Both the position numbers and the translations under genes were made by a program. Positions 9,414-19,550 of a DNA stretch of 64,000 bases are shown in pieces (within the stretch, counting starts at the first letter, position 1; every line of letters starts with the position of its first letter). Under the pieces are notes generated by a model that saw only the letters and a program-made list of their open reading frames with translations, was not told where the DNA came from and ran no database searches. The DNA comes from a virus: the IMG/VR virus record IMGVR_UViG_3300020171_000001, positions 1-64,000 of that record; one strand, given 5' to 3'.

Positions 9414-10864
9414 TCGGGCGCTCCCGTGGACAGGGCATCGAAGCGGTTCAGGCTGGCAGGGCGGTCCGCAGCGGCGGCAGAGGATGGCACCCGCAGGGGC
9501 GGCGGCGGCACATCGTCGAGGCCGAGATCGAGGCCGGCGAACCGCGCCGTGCTCGCACCGCTGGCGACCTGGGCAGCCTCCATGTCCTCCGGGATGGCAT
9601 ACTTCCCGAACTCGAATCGCGCGGTGTCCACGGCTCGGAGCGAGACAGCCTTCAGGACCTTCTCCACGTCGCCCGTCTTCTCCTTGGTCTCGGCGACCAC
9701 GAGGTTGGCCGCTGCCCGAGCTTCCTCCACGGCTGCCAAGAGCATCTTCTGTTGCGACGTGGACAGCGCGATGGCGAGATCCTTGCTCATGCGTTTGACC
9801 CGCACGGCGGCGTTGCGCGCCCGCCGCACCAGCTCGTCGGGCTTCGTCTCCTGCAGCGCACTGCGCATCTCACCCAGAGCCTGCTGGATGTCGAAGGCCA
9901 CGACCCGCGCGGCCTGCTCCTCCTCCCCAGCCATGGTGGCCAGCAAGTAGGTCACCCGGACGTGATGATAGCAGGCACTCCGGTTCCACTCGGTGGCGCG
10001 TTCCCGGGCCTTCATGACGATGTCCTCGATGGCCGTCCGTTTGTCCAGCGGGCAGATGGGCCCGAGGAGCGAGTGCACGCCGTACCGGCGCACCGACAGG
10101 CGCAGTTCCTGCGCCAGCACACGGGCCTTCTCCTCTTCGTCGGGCTCCACGCACGTCCGCTTGGATGTCCGAACCCGCTCTTCAACCCGCTGGGTCGCAG
10201 GGACTTCGTCCCCGCCGCTCGGCGCCCCCGCGACCTCGTTCAGCGCGGCCACCACGGTGTCCGCGAGTTCCACGTCCGTGCTCTCGACGGACTCGGCGAT
10301 CCTCGTGTACTTCACGGAGCCTTGCAGGTGGATGACCTCCACGGCGCCGCAGACCACGAGTGACGGCGGGAAGGTCAGGATCCGCACCGGAGCACGCCGC
10401 TCGGGCGTGTCAGGCTGCAGGTCCGCCTGCGGCATGGGAGGCCGAGGCGGTGGCTCCGGCGCCGGCTCCAGCGCCGGCGTGAGCGCGGCCACCCGGGGCA
10501 GCAGCGGTGGCGGCGGCAGCGGCGCTGGCTCAGACACCGTGGGCGCCGGCTGCTCGGTTTTTGCGACGGGCTCGGGCGCCTGCGCCATCGGGGCCGGGAT
10601 ACGCTCCAGCGGGGGCGCGACCACCGGGGATACGGTAGCCGGCGCAGCCACCGGACGGGCCGCCGGACGGGCCACCGGCTGCGTCGACTGCGTCGGCGCG
10701 CCACCGGGGATCCGCGGCAGGAACTGACCGCGGGTCGCCTCATCCGGGAAGACCCAGACGGCTGCCTTCGGGTCAAACTTGCATCCTGCGGCGATCATCT
10801 CCTTCCGCAGGCCATCGTTGCGAGACCCGAACAGCCGTCGGGCCTCGATGGTGAGCTTGTCCAT
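9410..10864 (-). CDS. hypothetical protein, Pro/Ala linker plus helical domain (AAA-module partner)
   Basis: 484 aa, strong RBS AGGAG, directly downstream of AAA ATPase. Confidence 0.8.
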   Translation of the reverse strand: MDKLTIEARRLFGSRNDGLRKEMIAAGCKFDPKAAVWVFPDEATRGQFLPRIPGGAPTQSTQPVARPAARPVAAPATVSPVVAPPLERIPAPMAQAPEPVAKTEQPAPTVSEPAPLPPPPLLPRVAALTPALEPAPEPPPRPPMPQADLQPDTPERRAPVRILTFPPSLVVCGAVEVIHLQGSVKYTRIAESVESTDVELADTVVAALNEVAGAPSGGDEVPATQRVEERVRTSKRTCVEPDEEEKARVLAQELRLSVRRYGVHSLLGPICPLDKRTAIEDIVMKARERATEWNRSACYHHVRVTYLLATMAGEEEQAARVVAFDIQQALGEMRSALQETKPDELVRRARNAAVRVKRMSKDLAIALSTSQQKMLLAAVEEARAAANLVVAETKEKTGDVEKVLKAVSLRAVDTARFEFGKYAIPEDMEAAQVASGASTARFAGLDLGLDDVPPPPLRVPSSAAAADRPASLNRFDALSTGAPE

Positions 10865-10951
10865 GACCTATCTCCTGGTTGCTAGTCTGTGTAACTGGCT
10901 AGGGCACGCAGGAGTCAAAGTCCCGTGCCCATCGGCCGGTCTTGCCGTGTG

Positions 10952-12493
10952 TCAAGCGAGGTTGGAGAACCGACTGCCGTCTACCTTCGTCTCCGGCAGC
11001 GACGCCGGTCGGGCTCGGCCCTTGGCCCATTTGCGAACAGCTTCGATGCGCTCCCCGGAGACCTTGGACAGAGGCACAGTGGCTCCGGCGGCCTCGATGA
11101 GATGCGCCGTGGTCACCTCTGTGCCTCCGGCGAACGCCTGGAACATACCGTCCACGACAACAGCCTCAACCTCTGCACCGGAGAAGCCTTCTGTTACCCT
11201 GGACAGGGCGTCGAGATCGAACGCAGCAGGGTCTCGCCGGCGTCGGCCCAGGTGAACCGAGAAGATGGCCCGGCGTTCCAGCAGCGTGGGCAGGTCCACG
11301 AAGAAGATCTGGTCGAAGCGCCCACGCCGTAAGAGCTCCGGCGGCAGACCCTCCACGCCATTGGAGGACGCGACGACAAACACGGGCGCCGTCTTGTCAC
11401 TCATCCATGACAGGATCATGCCGAATGTCTTCTTGCCTACCCCAGAGTCAGCAGCACCGTCGCCCCCGGCGCCGGCCAACAGCTTCTCGATTTCATCGAG
11501 CAGCACCAGGCACGGAGCCACGGCTTCTGCCGTGTTCAACATCTTTCGGACCTTTGCCTCGGATTCGCCGACCAGGCCCCCGCTCATGCGCTCGGCCGCG
11601 GCTACCAGCACCGGCAAACCCCATGACGCGCCGATGGCCAGAGCACCCACCGTTTTGCCTGTTCCAGGTGGGCCAACCAGGAGCACGCCTTTGGGCACGT
11701 CGAGGCCATACTCGCGAGCCGCCGGCGAGAAACCGAGTTGGCGTTCCACGGCCCACGCCTTGAGCAAGTCGAGGCCGCCGATTCCGTCCATCCCGTCTGC
11801 CGGTGGATCGCGCCACTCCAGGGCGCCGCTCCGCTCGACGATGCGCTTCTTCTCCCCGGAGATGATCGCCGGGTCCAGGGTGCCCACCGACACCACAGAC
11901 CGAGCGAAGCAGTCCTCTGCCTCGGCCAGGGTCAGGCCACGAGCCGCCTGCACGATCGGGCTCCGGTCCTCCGAGATACGGTTCTGCACCGCGGGCTCAA
12001 GCGCCGACACGATGTCCGCGACGGCCCGCGTGAGCACTTCCTCGTCTGGCAAGGGCCAGTCGAGAACGACCACCTCGGACTGCAACTCTATTGGCAGCGT
12101 GATCTCCGGCGACACGCAGATCACGCTCCGGCAAGAAGCCGCCGACGACGCCTTCAGGTCGTGTGCCAGCTCCCGCATCCCACGAATGACCGGCGCGTTG
12201 ACCGGGTTGTCGCCGGCCACGTAGGGGTGGAAGTCCCACAGGATGAAGATGTCCGAGGTCGTCTTCTCCCGGATAGTCATCAGCGCCTGCTGTGGATCCA
12301 TCACGGGCTCCGACCCACTCCCCGTGGGCGTTGTGAACCCCGAGGTGATGCTCCAGAGCCACAGGCCCCTGTTCATGGCATTGGCGATAGCCTGGACCGT
12401 GGTCTGGACCCGGCGCTCTTCCGCCGATCGAATCCAGATAATTGAGTACCTGGCTTTCAGGTACAAAGCCAGGGTTTCTTGCATTTTACACAT
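10952..12493 (-). CDS. Ycf46-like AAA+ ATPase
   Basis: degenerate N-terminal AAA (LWDFHPY); IGGLDLLKAW; Walker A GPPGTGKT; Walker B LLDEIEK; SRH PPELLRRGRFD. Confidence 0.93.
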   Translation of the reverse strand: MCKMQETLALYLKARYSIIWIRSAEERRVQTTVQAIANAMNRGLWLWSITSGFTTPTGSGSEPVMDPQQALMTIREKTTSDIFILWDFHPYVAGDNPVNAPVIRGMRELAHDLKASSAASCRSVICVSPEITLPIELQSEVVVLDWPLPDEEVLTRAVADIVSALEPAVQNRISEDRSPIVQAARGLTLAEAEDCFARSVVSVGTLDPAIISGEKKRIVERSGALEWRDPPADGMDGIGGLDLLKAWAVERQLGFSPAAREYGLDVPKGVLLVGPPGTGKTVGALAIGASWGLPVLVAAAERMSGGLVGESEAKVRKMLNTAEAVAPCLVLLDEIEKLLAGAGGDGAADSGVGKKTFGMILSWMSDKTAPVFVVASSNGVEGLPPELLRRGRFDQIFFVDLPTLLERRAIFSVHLGRRRRDPAAFDLDALSRVTEGFSGAEVEAVVVDGMFQAFAGGTEVTTAHLIEAAGATVPLSKVSGERIEAVRKWAKGRARPASLPETKVDGSRFSNLA

Positions 12494-12509
12494 CTGCTGT
12501 TCTCCCTCT

Positions 12510-12794
12510 CTAGTGGCTGTGCGTCTTGGCCACGGCCCCTGCCGTGACTCCCTGCTGCTGCATCTTCGTTCGGGTCAGCCAACTCCCCTCCCGAAACAAT
12601 CGCGCCACCGCGCACGACTCATGCCAGCCGGCTCCGGCGGCCAGCGTCCCGGACCAGCCCACGATGTGGACCCGCCCGTCGCGTCCGACCACCAGCGACT
12701 TCCGCCCCGCCGCGATCTCGGCGTCCAGAGCGGCCAGCGCCTGTTCCCGCAGCAGCTTCTCCTGCTGTTGCAGAGTCTTCACATCGCAAGGCAT
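12510..12794 (-). CDS. small MPCD...HSH protein (AAA-module partner)
   Basis: 94 aa, N-terminal MPCD and C-terminal HSH, immediately upstream of ATPase. Confidence 0.75.
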   Translation of the reverse strand: MPCDVKTLQQQEKLLREQALAALDAEIAAGRKSLVVGRDGRVHIVGWSGTLAAGAGWHESCAVARLFREGSWLTRTKMQQQGVTAGAVAKTHSH

Positions 12795-12803
12795 CGGTGG
12801 CGG

Positions 12804-13028
12804 CTAGTACTCCTCGTGCCCGGGATACCGCTGGGCAAAGTGCCTGAGCCGTTGCTCCACGGCGTCGGCGTGACGCCCCACGACGCAGAGCATGTGGTGG
12901 CCCGTCTCCGGCGCACGTCGAGAGCAGTACTCGGTGCGCCGCAGGCCCAGGAACGAGACCACGTCCAGGATCATGTCCGTGGGCACCAAGCTGTCAGCGG
13001 TCATCAGGCCGAACCAGACGCAGGTCAA
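12804..13028 (-). CDS. hypothetical protein
   Basis: TTGA overlap start. Confidence 0.45.
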   Translation of the reverse strand: MTCVWFGLMTADSLVPTDMILDVVSFLGLRRTEYCSRRAPETGHHMLCVVGRHADAVEQRLRHFAQRYPGHEEY

Positions 13029-13378
13029 TGGTTGCCTAAGCCTCCGGTTTTCGTGCGCTGGCCCCGGAGAAGCTTCTCCAGGAACGCGACGACGATGTAG
13101 CCAGGAGCACGCTTCGACGCGAAGAGCACTAGGCTTTCCCACGACAGTTCCAGACCACATGGATGCCCCGTGCTCAGGATATCTTCCACATGCTCGATTG
13201 CATTCCCCAGCTCCTGCACAGACCGGCCTACGCAGTAGAACGCCTTGCGCTTCTGGGCCAGGTGCTCTGCGATGTCCCACACGGCGGCTTTCAGGGCCTC
13301 ACGCAGTACTCCGTTTGGGACCTCGTGCTTCTGACACAGGGCTTCGAACTGGGCTTCTATTGCTTCTTTGTCCAGCAT
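13025..13378 (-). CDS. hypothetical protein
   Basis: RBS GGAGGAG. Confidence 0.7.
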   Translation of the reverse strand: MLDKEAIEAQFEALCQKHEVPNGVLREALKAAVWDIAEHLAQKRKAFYCVGRSVQELGNAIEHVEDILSTGHPCGLELSWESLVLFASKRAPGYIVVAFLEKLLRGQRTKTGGLGNH

Positions 13379-13392
13379 CCCCTACTCCTCCG

Positions 13393-13590
13393 TCAGTCGA
13401 GATAGATAGCGTTGTCGTGGTGGCATTGGCGTACCCAGAGTCTGTGGGTGCTCCACTGGTAGACCCCATGAGCATCGAACACCGTGACCGTGCTTCGTCC
13501 GGTGACCACCAGGCGGTAGAAGCCCCCGCCTACTGAGTCTACTTCTCCGCCGTAGATAGCCTGCAAGGCGCGGGCCTGGGCCTCGCTCAT
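13393..13590 (-). CDS. hypothetical protein
   Basis: 65 aa. Confidence 0.55.
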   Translation of the reverse strand: MSEAQARALQAIYGGEVDSVGGGFYRLVVTGRSTVTVFDAHGVYQWSTHRLWVRQCHHDNAIYLD

Positions 13591-13669
13591 CCGGGGTCTT
13601 CCCAGCTCACGTTGGCGTGTGCGTCGATGTCGCCTCCGCTGCGGTCCACGGAGAGGGTGTTAGACATTG

Positions 13670-14029
13670 CTATACCTCCTCGTCGTCGATCTTCGGCTCC
13701 TCGCCGAGCAGGTCGCAGACTGAGACATACAGTTCGCCGAGGTCGATCCAGTCCTCGTCGCAGACCGGGGCGTGCAGCCCAGACTCGAGCCGGCGCACGC
13801 CCCCGGTGACGTTCACGAGGTCGACGAGGGCCCGCGCAGCGTTGCGCAGCTTGCCCATCTCGGACAGTTCATCGTCGAGATAGACCATGGCTCCGCACGG
13901 GCACACCCCGGCAGGCACTTCGCAGCCCGGCTCGCAGGCTCCCCACTGTCCGATGCCAAGCGGTTCAATACTGGCGTCTCCTTCCTGGAAGATGGTGTCG
14001 CAGTTGTCACAGACGTACTGCCGCAGCAT
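13670..14029 (-). CDS. Zn-ribbon hypothetical protein
   Basis: CDNC...PAGVCPCG; RBS GAGGAG. Confidence 0.7.
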   Translation of the reverse strand: MLRQYVCDNCDTIFQEGDASIEPLGIGQWGACEPGCEVPAGVCPCGAMVYLDDELSEMGKLRNAARALVDLVNVTGGVRRLESGLHAPVCDEDWIDLGELYVSVCDLLGEEPKIDDEEV

Positions 14030-14032
14030 TGG

Positions 14033-14308
14033 CTACTCCTCCTCAGACTGCGCCGGTACCTCCGGCAGTGCAGCGCGAAGCGATATCATGTACTTCAGCG
14101 TCTCCACGAAGCCGTGCTCGTTGAAGTACGCAGCGGCCTTCTCCTGGTTCGGCCAGGAGACACTCACTGAGCATCTCTCCTCTGCTTCCTGGAGGACCCA
14201 GGCCAGCTCACGAACGAGCTTCATCTCGACGCTGGGCCCTGAGCCATAGGCCAGGTTGTCCCGGGTGATCCGCGTGATACCGCTGCGGATAACGTGCGGG
14301 CGCTTCAC
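14033..14308 (-). CDS. hypothetical protein
   Basis: GTGA overlap. Confidence 0.55.
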   Translation of the reverse strand: MKRPHVIRSGITRITRDNLAYGSGPSVEMKLVRELAWVLQEAEERCSVSVSWPNQEKAAAYFNEHGFVETLKYMISLRAALPEVPAQSEEE

Positions 14309-14583
14309 GAGGAAGGCTCCGAGGCCAGGTCTTCCATGGCTTCTTGCACAGCGTCGAGTTCTCTGGCAGCTCTCTCCATCATGCCAATGGCCTGCATCGC
14401 AGCCTCCTGCGCGGACTCGGCTTCGACGCAGGCGTCCATCAACTCATGGTAGATGAACTTGGCCAGTCCATCTCCCTCCGCGTCCGGCTGGATGAAGTCC
14501 TCGCCGTCGGGGTACGCCGCCTGGGCCGTTGAGATCAACTTTGAGGCGATGCCACTCAGCGACTCTCTGTCCTTGGTTCTCAT
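14305..14583 (-). CDS. hypothetical protein
   Basis: AYPDG...GDGLAKFI; ATGA overlap. Confidence 0.65.
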   Translation of the reverse strand: MRTKDRESLSGIASKLISTAQAAYPDGEDFIQPDAEGDGLAKFIYHELMDACVEAESAQEAAMQAIGMMERAARELDAVQEAMEDLASEPSS

Positions 14584-14828
14584 GCTCTGCTCCCTTTGCT
14601 CCTTCCGGTGGTCTGCTCCAGTCGATGCAAACCGATAAGCGCCGAGCCCCAGTCGCCCTCGTGGGCTTGCCACGTCATGGCGGGCAAGCCCCTGTCGGGG
14701 CGCAGACGCATGCGCTGCTGGGCCCAGCGCTCGGCTGCCTCCGAGGGGGATACACAGCCCCCTCCGAGAGCGATGACCTCGCTGGGCAGCCGCGTATCAT
14801 GCGGCACGATCAGTACGAAGCACTTCAT
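14580..14828 (-). CDS. hypothetical protein
   Basis: coupled. Confidence 0.5.
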   Translation of the reverse strand: MKCFVLIVPHDTRLPSEVIALGGGCVSPSEAAERWAQQRMRLRPDRGLPAMTWQAHEGDWGSALIGLHRLEQTTGRSKGSRA

Positions 14829-15718
14829 TTACTTGCTCCAGCCCCCCGTCCATGTCCCCGCGGGCCGTCCCAGTAGTTGGGCTCGGAGGGACCGTAGATG
14901 ACCTTGAGGTTGGCAGCGCCGCTCACCAGATAGAGTTCCTCGCGATAGAACTCGCGCCAGAGCAGCTCGATCTGCTCGGTGAGCAAGGCTGCCAGGCCCT
15001 TGGGCTCTGGCACGTTGGCCCATATCTCGACGCGGTCGAGGTCGACGCCGTGGTACCGCGCCGGCCCCCGGCGGCCCTTGTCAAGGCGAACAGGCCGCTG
15101 CTCGGCCGTGAAACCCCAGGCGGCCAGAGCCCCGACTACGATGCGCGCCCGGGCTTTGATGTATCCGTCGGAGTCACTCTGGTTTGCAGCGCCCGCGGAC
15201 CATATGTCCGAGGTGAACACATGGGTCAGCCCACGCTCTCGGGGCATCAGCCAGCTCGGACGCCGAATAGCACCGGTCAGGACGACCGGCGACGGCGGCG
15301 ACGACGACGACGGCGCGTTCAGTCCCAATGCCCCCCACAGGGCGCTCCAGATGCGCCAGGATGCCCAGGACCGGCGGGCCCGGCCCTGCTCGTTCAGCGC
15401 CTCCATTCGCAGCAGGAGCCCGCGCTCAGCGATGATCGCGCTGGCCCGGTCGCAGCGCTCTCGCCGGCGCCGATCCGGCAAGTCTCCCTCGAGAGACGCT
15501 CGGCTCTGCCCGGGGCCATAGCCTGTAGCCGGGGGCACGTACGGTAGGGGCTTGCGCCTGGGGTATGCCTGGCGTTCCCACCGGTCCACGAGACGCCACA
15601 CGGCCTCTTGCCAGAGCAGAGTCATGGCCCCCATACGCCGGGCTCCACGCTCGTGCGATTGCCACAGCTCCAACACCTCGTCCCAGGAACTCAGCGGCCA
15701 CGGTTCGGGCTTGCCCAT
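14825..15718 (-). CDS. hypothetical protein
   Basis: ~297 aa; start uncertain. Confidence 0.6.
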   Translation of the reverse strand: MGKPEPWPLSSWDEVLELWQSHERGARRMGAMTLLWQEAVWRLVDRWERQAYPRRKPLPYVPPATGYGPGQSRASLEGDLPDRRRRERCDRASAIIAERGLLLRMEALNEQGRARRSWASWRIWSALWGALGLNAPSSSSPPSPVVLTGAIRRPSWLMPRERGLTHVFTSDIWSAGAANQSDSDGYIKARARIVVGALAAWGFTAEQRPVRLDKGRRGPARYHGVDLDRVEIWANVPEPKGLAALLTEQIELLWREFYREELYLVSGAANLKVIYGPSEPNYWDGPRGHGRGAGASK

Positions 15719-15726
15719 CGCGGTGG

Positions 15727-16188
15727 TTACAGGACCTCTGCTTTGCAGCATGTGCAGACCGAGATCCACTGGCCCACAGGCCCCAATCCGCACCACACCG
15801 GCTTGACCTGCGGGTGCAAGCACGGAACGACGATCGGCACGGGCCCACCGGGTAGCGGGACCACCTGCGCCGCGAGCACCACGCCGTCGGTCTGCCGAAA
15901 GAGCTCAGGGGCATACCCGCCATCGAACTGCCGACCGACCCGAGAGTCCGATTGGTCCCAGCCGATGTAGACGAAGGGCTGCTTCGAGGGAACAGCCAAG
16001 TCCCGAGCGTACCGATCCTCGTCCGGATGCTCGAGGACCCAGCCCCGGGCTCCCGCGCGGGCGCTCACGGTGACGGTGCTCATGCCTTCCCGGAGTTCCA
16101 CAGCGAAGACCCCCGGGTACTTGAGCGTGGTCAGGTCGCCTGCCAGGTTGCGCACCTGGCACCTTGCCAACGCCGCAATGCTATCCAT
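15727..16188 (-). CDS. hypothetical protein
   Basis: 153 aa. Confidence 0.6.
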   Translation of the reverse strand: MDSIAALARCQVRNLAGDLTTLKYPGVFAVELREGMSTVTVSARAGARGWVLEHPDEDRYARDLAVPSKQPFVYIGWDQSDSRVGRQFDGGYAPELFRQTDGVVLAAQVVPLPGGPVPIVVPCLHPQVKPVWCGLGPVGQWISVCTCCKAEVL

Positions 16189-16420
16189 CTGCCACCAGGA
16201 GCTTGTGAAACGTGGTCGCCCACACGTCCCGGCTGCAGATCCAGCCGTTCATCTCACCACGGCGATCACAGCCTCGGTCCCAGTACGGTCTCTCCGGGTA
16301 CTGCTGGTAGACGTATCCGTCCCTGCCGTCGTAGTACCGGAAGCCATGAGCATCGAGTCCCAGGTACTCCATGCCCTCCGGAGTCAGCGGGCCCCCGAAG
16401 CGATTGGCTGGGGGCGCCAT
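16181..16420 (-). CDS. hypothetical protein
   Basis: TGATG coupling. Confidence 0.55.
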   Translation of the reverse strand: MAPPANRFGGPLTPEGMEYLGLDAHGFRYYDGRDGYVYQQYPERPYWDRGCDRRGEMNGWICSRDVWATTFHKLLVADG

Positions 16421-17112
16421 CAGACCGTGGCGCTCGGGGCGCACAAGAACGACTCGCCCGAAGGCACGCCGTGAGGCACCCGGTAGCAGTCTGGGCTCGT
16501 CCCGAGAACCCAGAGGGCCGGCGTGCAGGCCCAGCACTCCTCCTGGCGCGGCTGCCGACGCACGAAGGTCTCTCCGCACTCCGGGCATCGGGTCCAGTGG
16601 ACCGCGGGCATCGCCGGGTCACGGAAGCCATCGGCTTCGATGTGCGCCGGACGCCCGTCCGTCGTCATGAAGGCTCCGGCCACCGAGTCGAAGTACACTG
16701 GCACGAGCCGAACCGGGATCGGTTCAGCCGGGTACCCGTGCACCACGGCATGCGCCAGGTGCTCCATGTACCCCTCGCGAGCCATTGCCCACAGCTGCTC
16801 AACGGCCTCCACCGGCGGCGCGCCAAGGCCGGGCGCCGAGTCGAAGTACACCGTACCGACCCCAGCAACCTGGTAGGGCCACACGCCGCGATTGAAGGAC
16901 GACGGGCACCACGGGGCCGCGTGCCGAGCACGGAGACGCGCGTCACTGTCTTCGCCCCCGCCCCCGCCCCCGCGGTCACTCGCCCGCAGCGCGGCTCCGT
17001 GCCAACGGTACGTGACCTCGCCGTCATACGACAGGTGGAATGAGAACCTGTTGCCCATCTGCGACATCTGAGCAATCACGGGGCGCTCAGACCAGCTTCC
17101 CATGCTGTTCAT
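16420..17112 (-). CDS. hypothetical protein with C-terminal Zn ribbon
   Basis: CPEC...CWAC. Confidence 0.6.
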   Translation of the reverse strand: MNSMGSWSERPVIAQMSQMGNRFSFHLSYDGEVTYRWHGAALRASDRGGGGGGEDSDARLRARHAAPWCPSSFNRGVWPYQVAGVGTVYFDSAPGLGAPPVEAVEQLWAMAREGYMEHLAHAVVHGYPAEPIPVRLVPVYFDSVAGAFMTTDGRPAHIEADGFRDPAMPAVHWTRCPECGETFVRRQPRQEECWACTPALWVLGTSPDCYRVPHGVPSGESFLCAPSATV

Positions 17113-17699
17113 CTGGCCGCAGACGAGCTGTCGGCTTCCGCCGCCACACGGGCGAGGAGGAAGTGCCGGCCGCTCTGCGCCCCGACCCGACTGGGCAAGT
17201 GGCTCCCGGGCAGGTTGCCGAGTACCTCGAACAGCGAGAGGTACCCGCCGTAGAACAGACCGACGAGCATCTTGTGCTCGGTCTTCGGCATGCTACGCCA
17301 TGTGTCGCCCCAGAACACAGGGCAGTGCACGAACGGGAGTCGAGTACTGCTCTGCATCCGGAGCACACGCTCTCGGGCTGGCGTCAGCCCGCGAGATGGC
17401 TGGACCTTCTCGAAGCCCGGCGGCTTGACCCGGGCCGTCCGGTGGCTCGTACGCGCGTACTCGGATACGTCGCGGAGCAGAACCCAGATGCCCGACGGGC
17501 GCTCGGTAATCGCCCCGTCGCAGATCTTGCCGTCTCGAACAGCAAGCTGCCCGGCGTACTCACCGGGCAAGCCATACGGGGCCCAATCGGCGAGAGCAAC
17601 AGGCCCATCAGCCGTGAGCACATGGGTGTAGCCCATGCCCCCGGCCTCTGCGACCACCTCGGCGTGGTTCCGCATCAGCGCCATCTCGCCGCGCGTCAC
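17109..17699 (-). CDS. hypothetical protein
   Basis: GTGA overlap. Confidence 0.55.
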   Translation of the reverse strand: MTRGEMALMRNHAEVVAEAGGMGYTHVLTADGPVALADWAPYGLPGEYAGQLAVRDGKICDGAITERPSGIWVLLRDVSEYARTSHRTARVKPPGFEKVQPSRGLTPARERVLRMQSSTRLPFVHCPVFWGDTWRSMPKTEHKMLVGLFYGGYLSLFEVLGNLPGSHLPSRVGAQSGRHFLLARVAAEADSSSAAR

Positions 17700-18469
17700 A
17701 GCGACACACTCTGCGTGGCTACCACGACAGACACTGCCGGTCGGCTCGGCATGAGCAGACCAACCACGCACCGGGTATCGTCTACCAGGAGCATGGGGCC
17801 TGCGTTGAAGGCCAGCCGGTGCTCGGTCTCCGCGACGCCCGGCTCCAGCCGAGAGTAGAGCTGCATGCCAAGCTTCTCGAGCGCCAGTACGCCCATGAGA
17901 TTGGCCCACGGGAGTACCAGCAACGCCGCAGCCACCGGCTCCGTACCCTGCGTCAGGCCCACCAACTGCGTCGGGTGCTTGGGCGACCAGCGCCCCTGAG
18001 CCGGAATCGTCGTCGTCGTCGTGGCCCAGCGGTAGCGCCCCGAAAGCCCCGGGAGCAGCTCCGCCGTCCAGTTGAACTCGCCCGGGGTGAACCGAGCTGC
18101 GGTATCCCCGGCTGGCAACGAGACGGCTGCGAAGACCCCGCTCGGGGGGAATACCCCTACCAGGCTCTTCGGCACCGCGGTCTCGTAGACGACGGTGGTG
18201 TCCCCGGCGATGAATCGCCAGGGCCGGCCCATGTCCAGCATGTCCAGCATGTCCAGTTTGCCTGCTGCCGTCGCCACCGACCTGACGGCGGCCCGGAAGA
18301 ACTTGCCCACCATCCCTCGATGGGACGCAAGGCCCGGGTGGAACAGGGCCCAGGCGCCCGAGGTGAGCATGGGCATGCTCAGGCCGCCGGGCATTGCCAC
18401 GTTCGGGTGCCACATGATGTGGCCCCCGAGTTCCACAGCGTTCTTCAGGCCGTCCGCTGGAACGCTCAC
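17696..18469 (-). CDS. hypothetical protein (LDM x3 duplication)
   Basis: GTGA overlap. Confidence 0.55.
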   Translation of the reverse strand: MSVPADGLKNAVELGGHIMWHPNVAMPGGLSMPMLTSGAWALFHPGLASHRGMVGKFFRAAVRSVATAAGKLDMLDMLDMGRPWRFIAGDTTVVYETAVPKSLVGVFPPSGVFAAVSLPAGDTAARFTPGEFNWTAELLPGLSGRYRWATTTTTIPAQGRWSPKHPTQLVGLTQGTEPVAAALLVLPWANLMGVLALEKLGMQLYSRLEPGVAETEHRLAFNAGPMLLVDDTRCVVGLLMPSRPAVSVVVATQSVSL

Positions 18470-18840
18470 AGCGCGGCCCCCGAGTCGCCCGGCTCCGGTA
18501 GCGCCACGAACAGGAACTGCCCGCACGCCACGCAGCAGACCACGGCGAGGGCGAGGGCGAGCCCGTCGACTCGCTGGTCGGTCACCAGCACCGGCTGGCC
18601 CCTCCCGGAGCACTCCGGGCTGAGGCAGGCCCATGGCCAGGTCGCGACTTCCACGACCCGTGCCTTGCCGCCCCCGAGCCCCCCGGGCAGCATGACGAAG
18701 TCGGGGGCCTCGGCGAGGCATACGGCTACGCACCCGTCGCCGCCCCCCTCCAGCCCCATCTCCTCGGTCACGTCGTACGCACGGGGCAGAACCCCGCCGA
18801 CGGCCGTTGCCGTTGCCATTGTCGTCGTTGCCATTGCCAT
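18466..18840 (-). CDS. hypothetical protein
   Basis: RBS AAGGAG. Confidence 0.55.
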   Translation of the reverse strand: MAMATTTMATATAVGGVLPRAYDVTEEMGLEGGGDGCVAVCLAEAPDFVMLPGGLGGGKARVVEVATWPWACLSPECSGRGQPVLVTDQRVDGLALALAVVCCVACGQFLFVALPEPGDSGAAL

Positions 18841-18842
18841 TG

Positions 18843-19550
18843 CTACTCCTTTGCAACGCCCAGGAGGGCGTCGCAAGTGCTATCGAGTCGGGCCGAGGCC
18901 ATGCGGAACTCGGCTTCGAGTTCGTGGAGCACGCGCTCGTACTCTTGCTCCTGCGCGGCTAGTTCCACGAGCAACTGGTCGCGGAAGGCCCGGGCGGTCG
19001 TCTTACACACCTCGACCATGGCCTCCGGGGCCAGGCCCTGCATAGCCTTGGAGTGGATCCGGCGCTTCTTCAAGAGCCGGATGTACTCCCCCTGGGCCGC
19101 GGTCTGCACTGTCTCCCGGCGCGCGGCTTTGGCCTTGTCAGAGAGCTTGGCCTGTGCGCTGTAGACCTGGTGCTCCAGGTCTCTGGCTTGCAGGGCGAGC
19201 TTGTGCACCGGGTGCAGCGACATGGACTTGTCGAACCCGGAGTCGCCGGCGAGGGCCAGCAGGGCCTTCGCAGCCGTGGGCTCCGAGTAATACGCACACC
19301 ACAGCCCGGTGTGCGAGTCCACACCGTTGCAGTACTCGGAGTCCTCGTCGTGCAGGTATTGGCACTCCATGCGCCACTTGCCGTCGGGCAACGTCCCAAC
19401 GAGCCGGTAGTCGCACCACCAGTCCCCAGGCGCTCCGTTGGCGTGAGGCCGGCGCGGTCGCCGAGCGACCAGGAGCTGCACCAGCGAGGCTCCAGCCTCG
19501 ACCTCGGCCAATGCCTTAGCCGAGACAGTGGACTGCGCCGGCGTCCTCAC
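18843..19550 (-). CDS. hypothetical protein with coiled-coil C-terminus
   Basis: GTGA overlap. Confidence 0.6.
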   Translation of the reverse strand: MRTPAQSTVSAKALAEVEAGASLVQLLVARRPRRPHANGAPGDWWCDYRLVGTLPDGKWRMECQYLHDEDSEYCNGVDSHTGLWCAYYSEPTAAKALLALAGDSGFDKSMSLHPVHKLALQARDLEHQVYSAQAKLSDKAKAARRETVQTAAQGEYIRLLKKRRIHSKAMQGLAPEAMVEVCKTTARAFRDQLLVELAAQEQEYERVLHELEAEFRMASARLDSTCDALLGVAKE

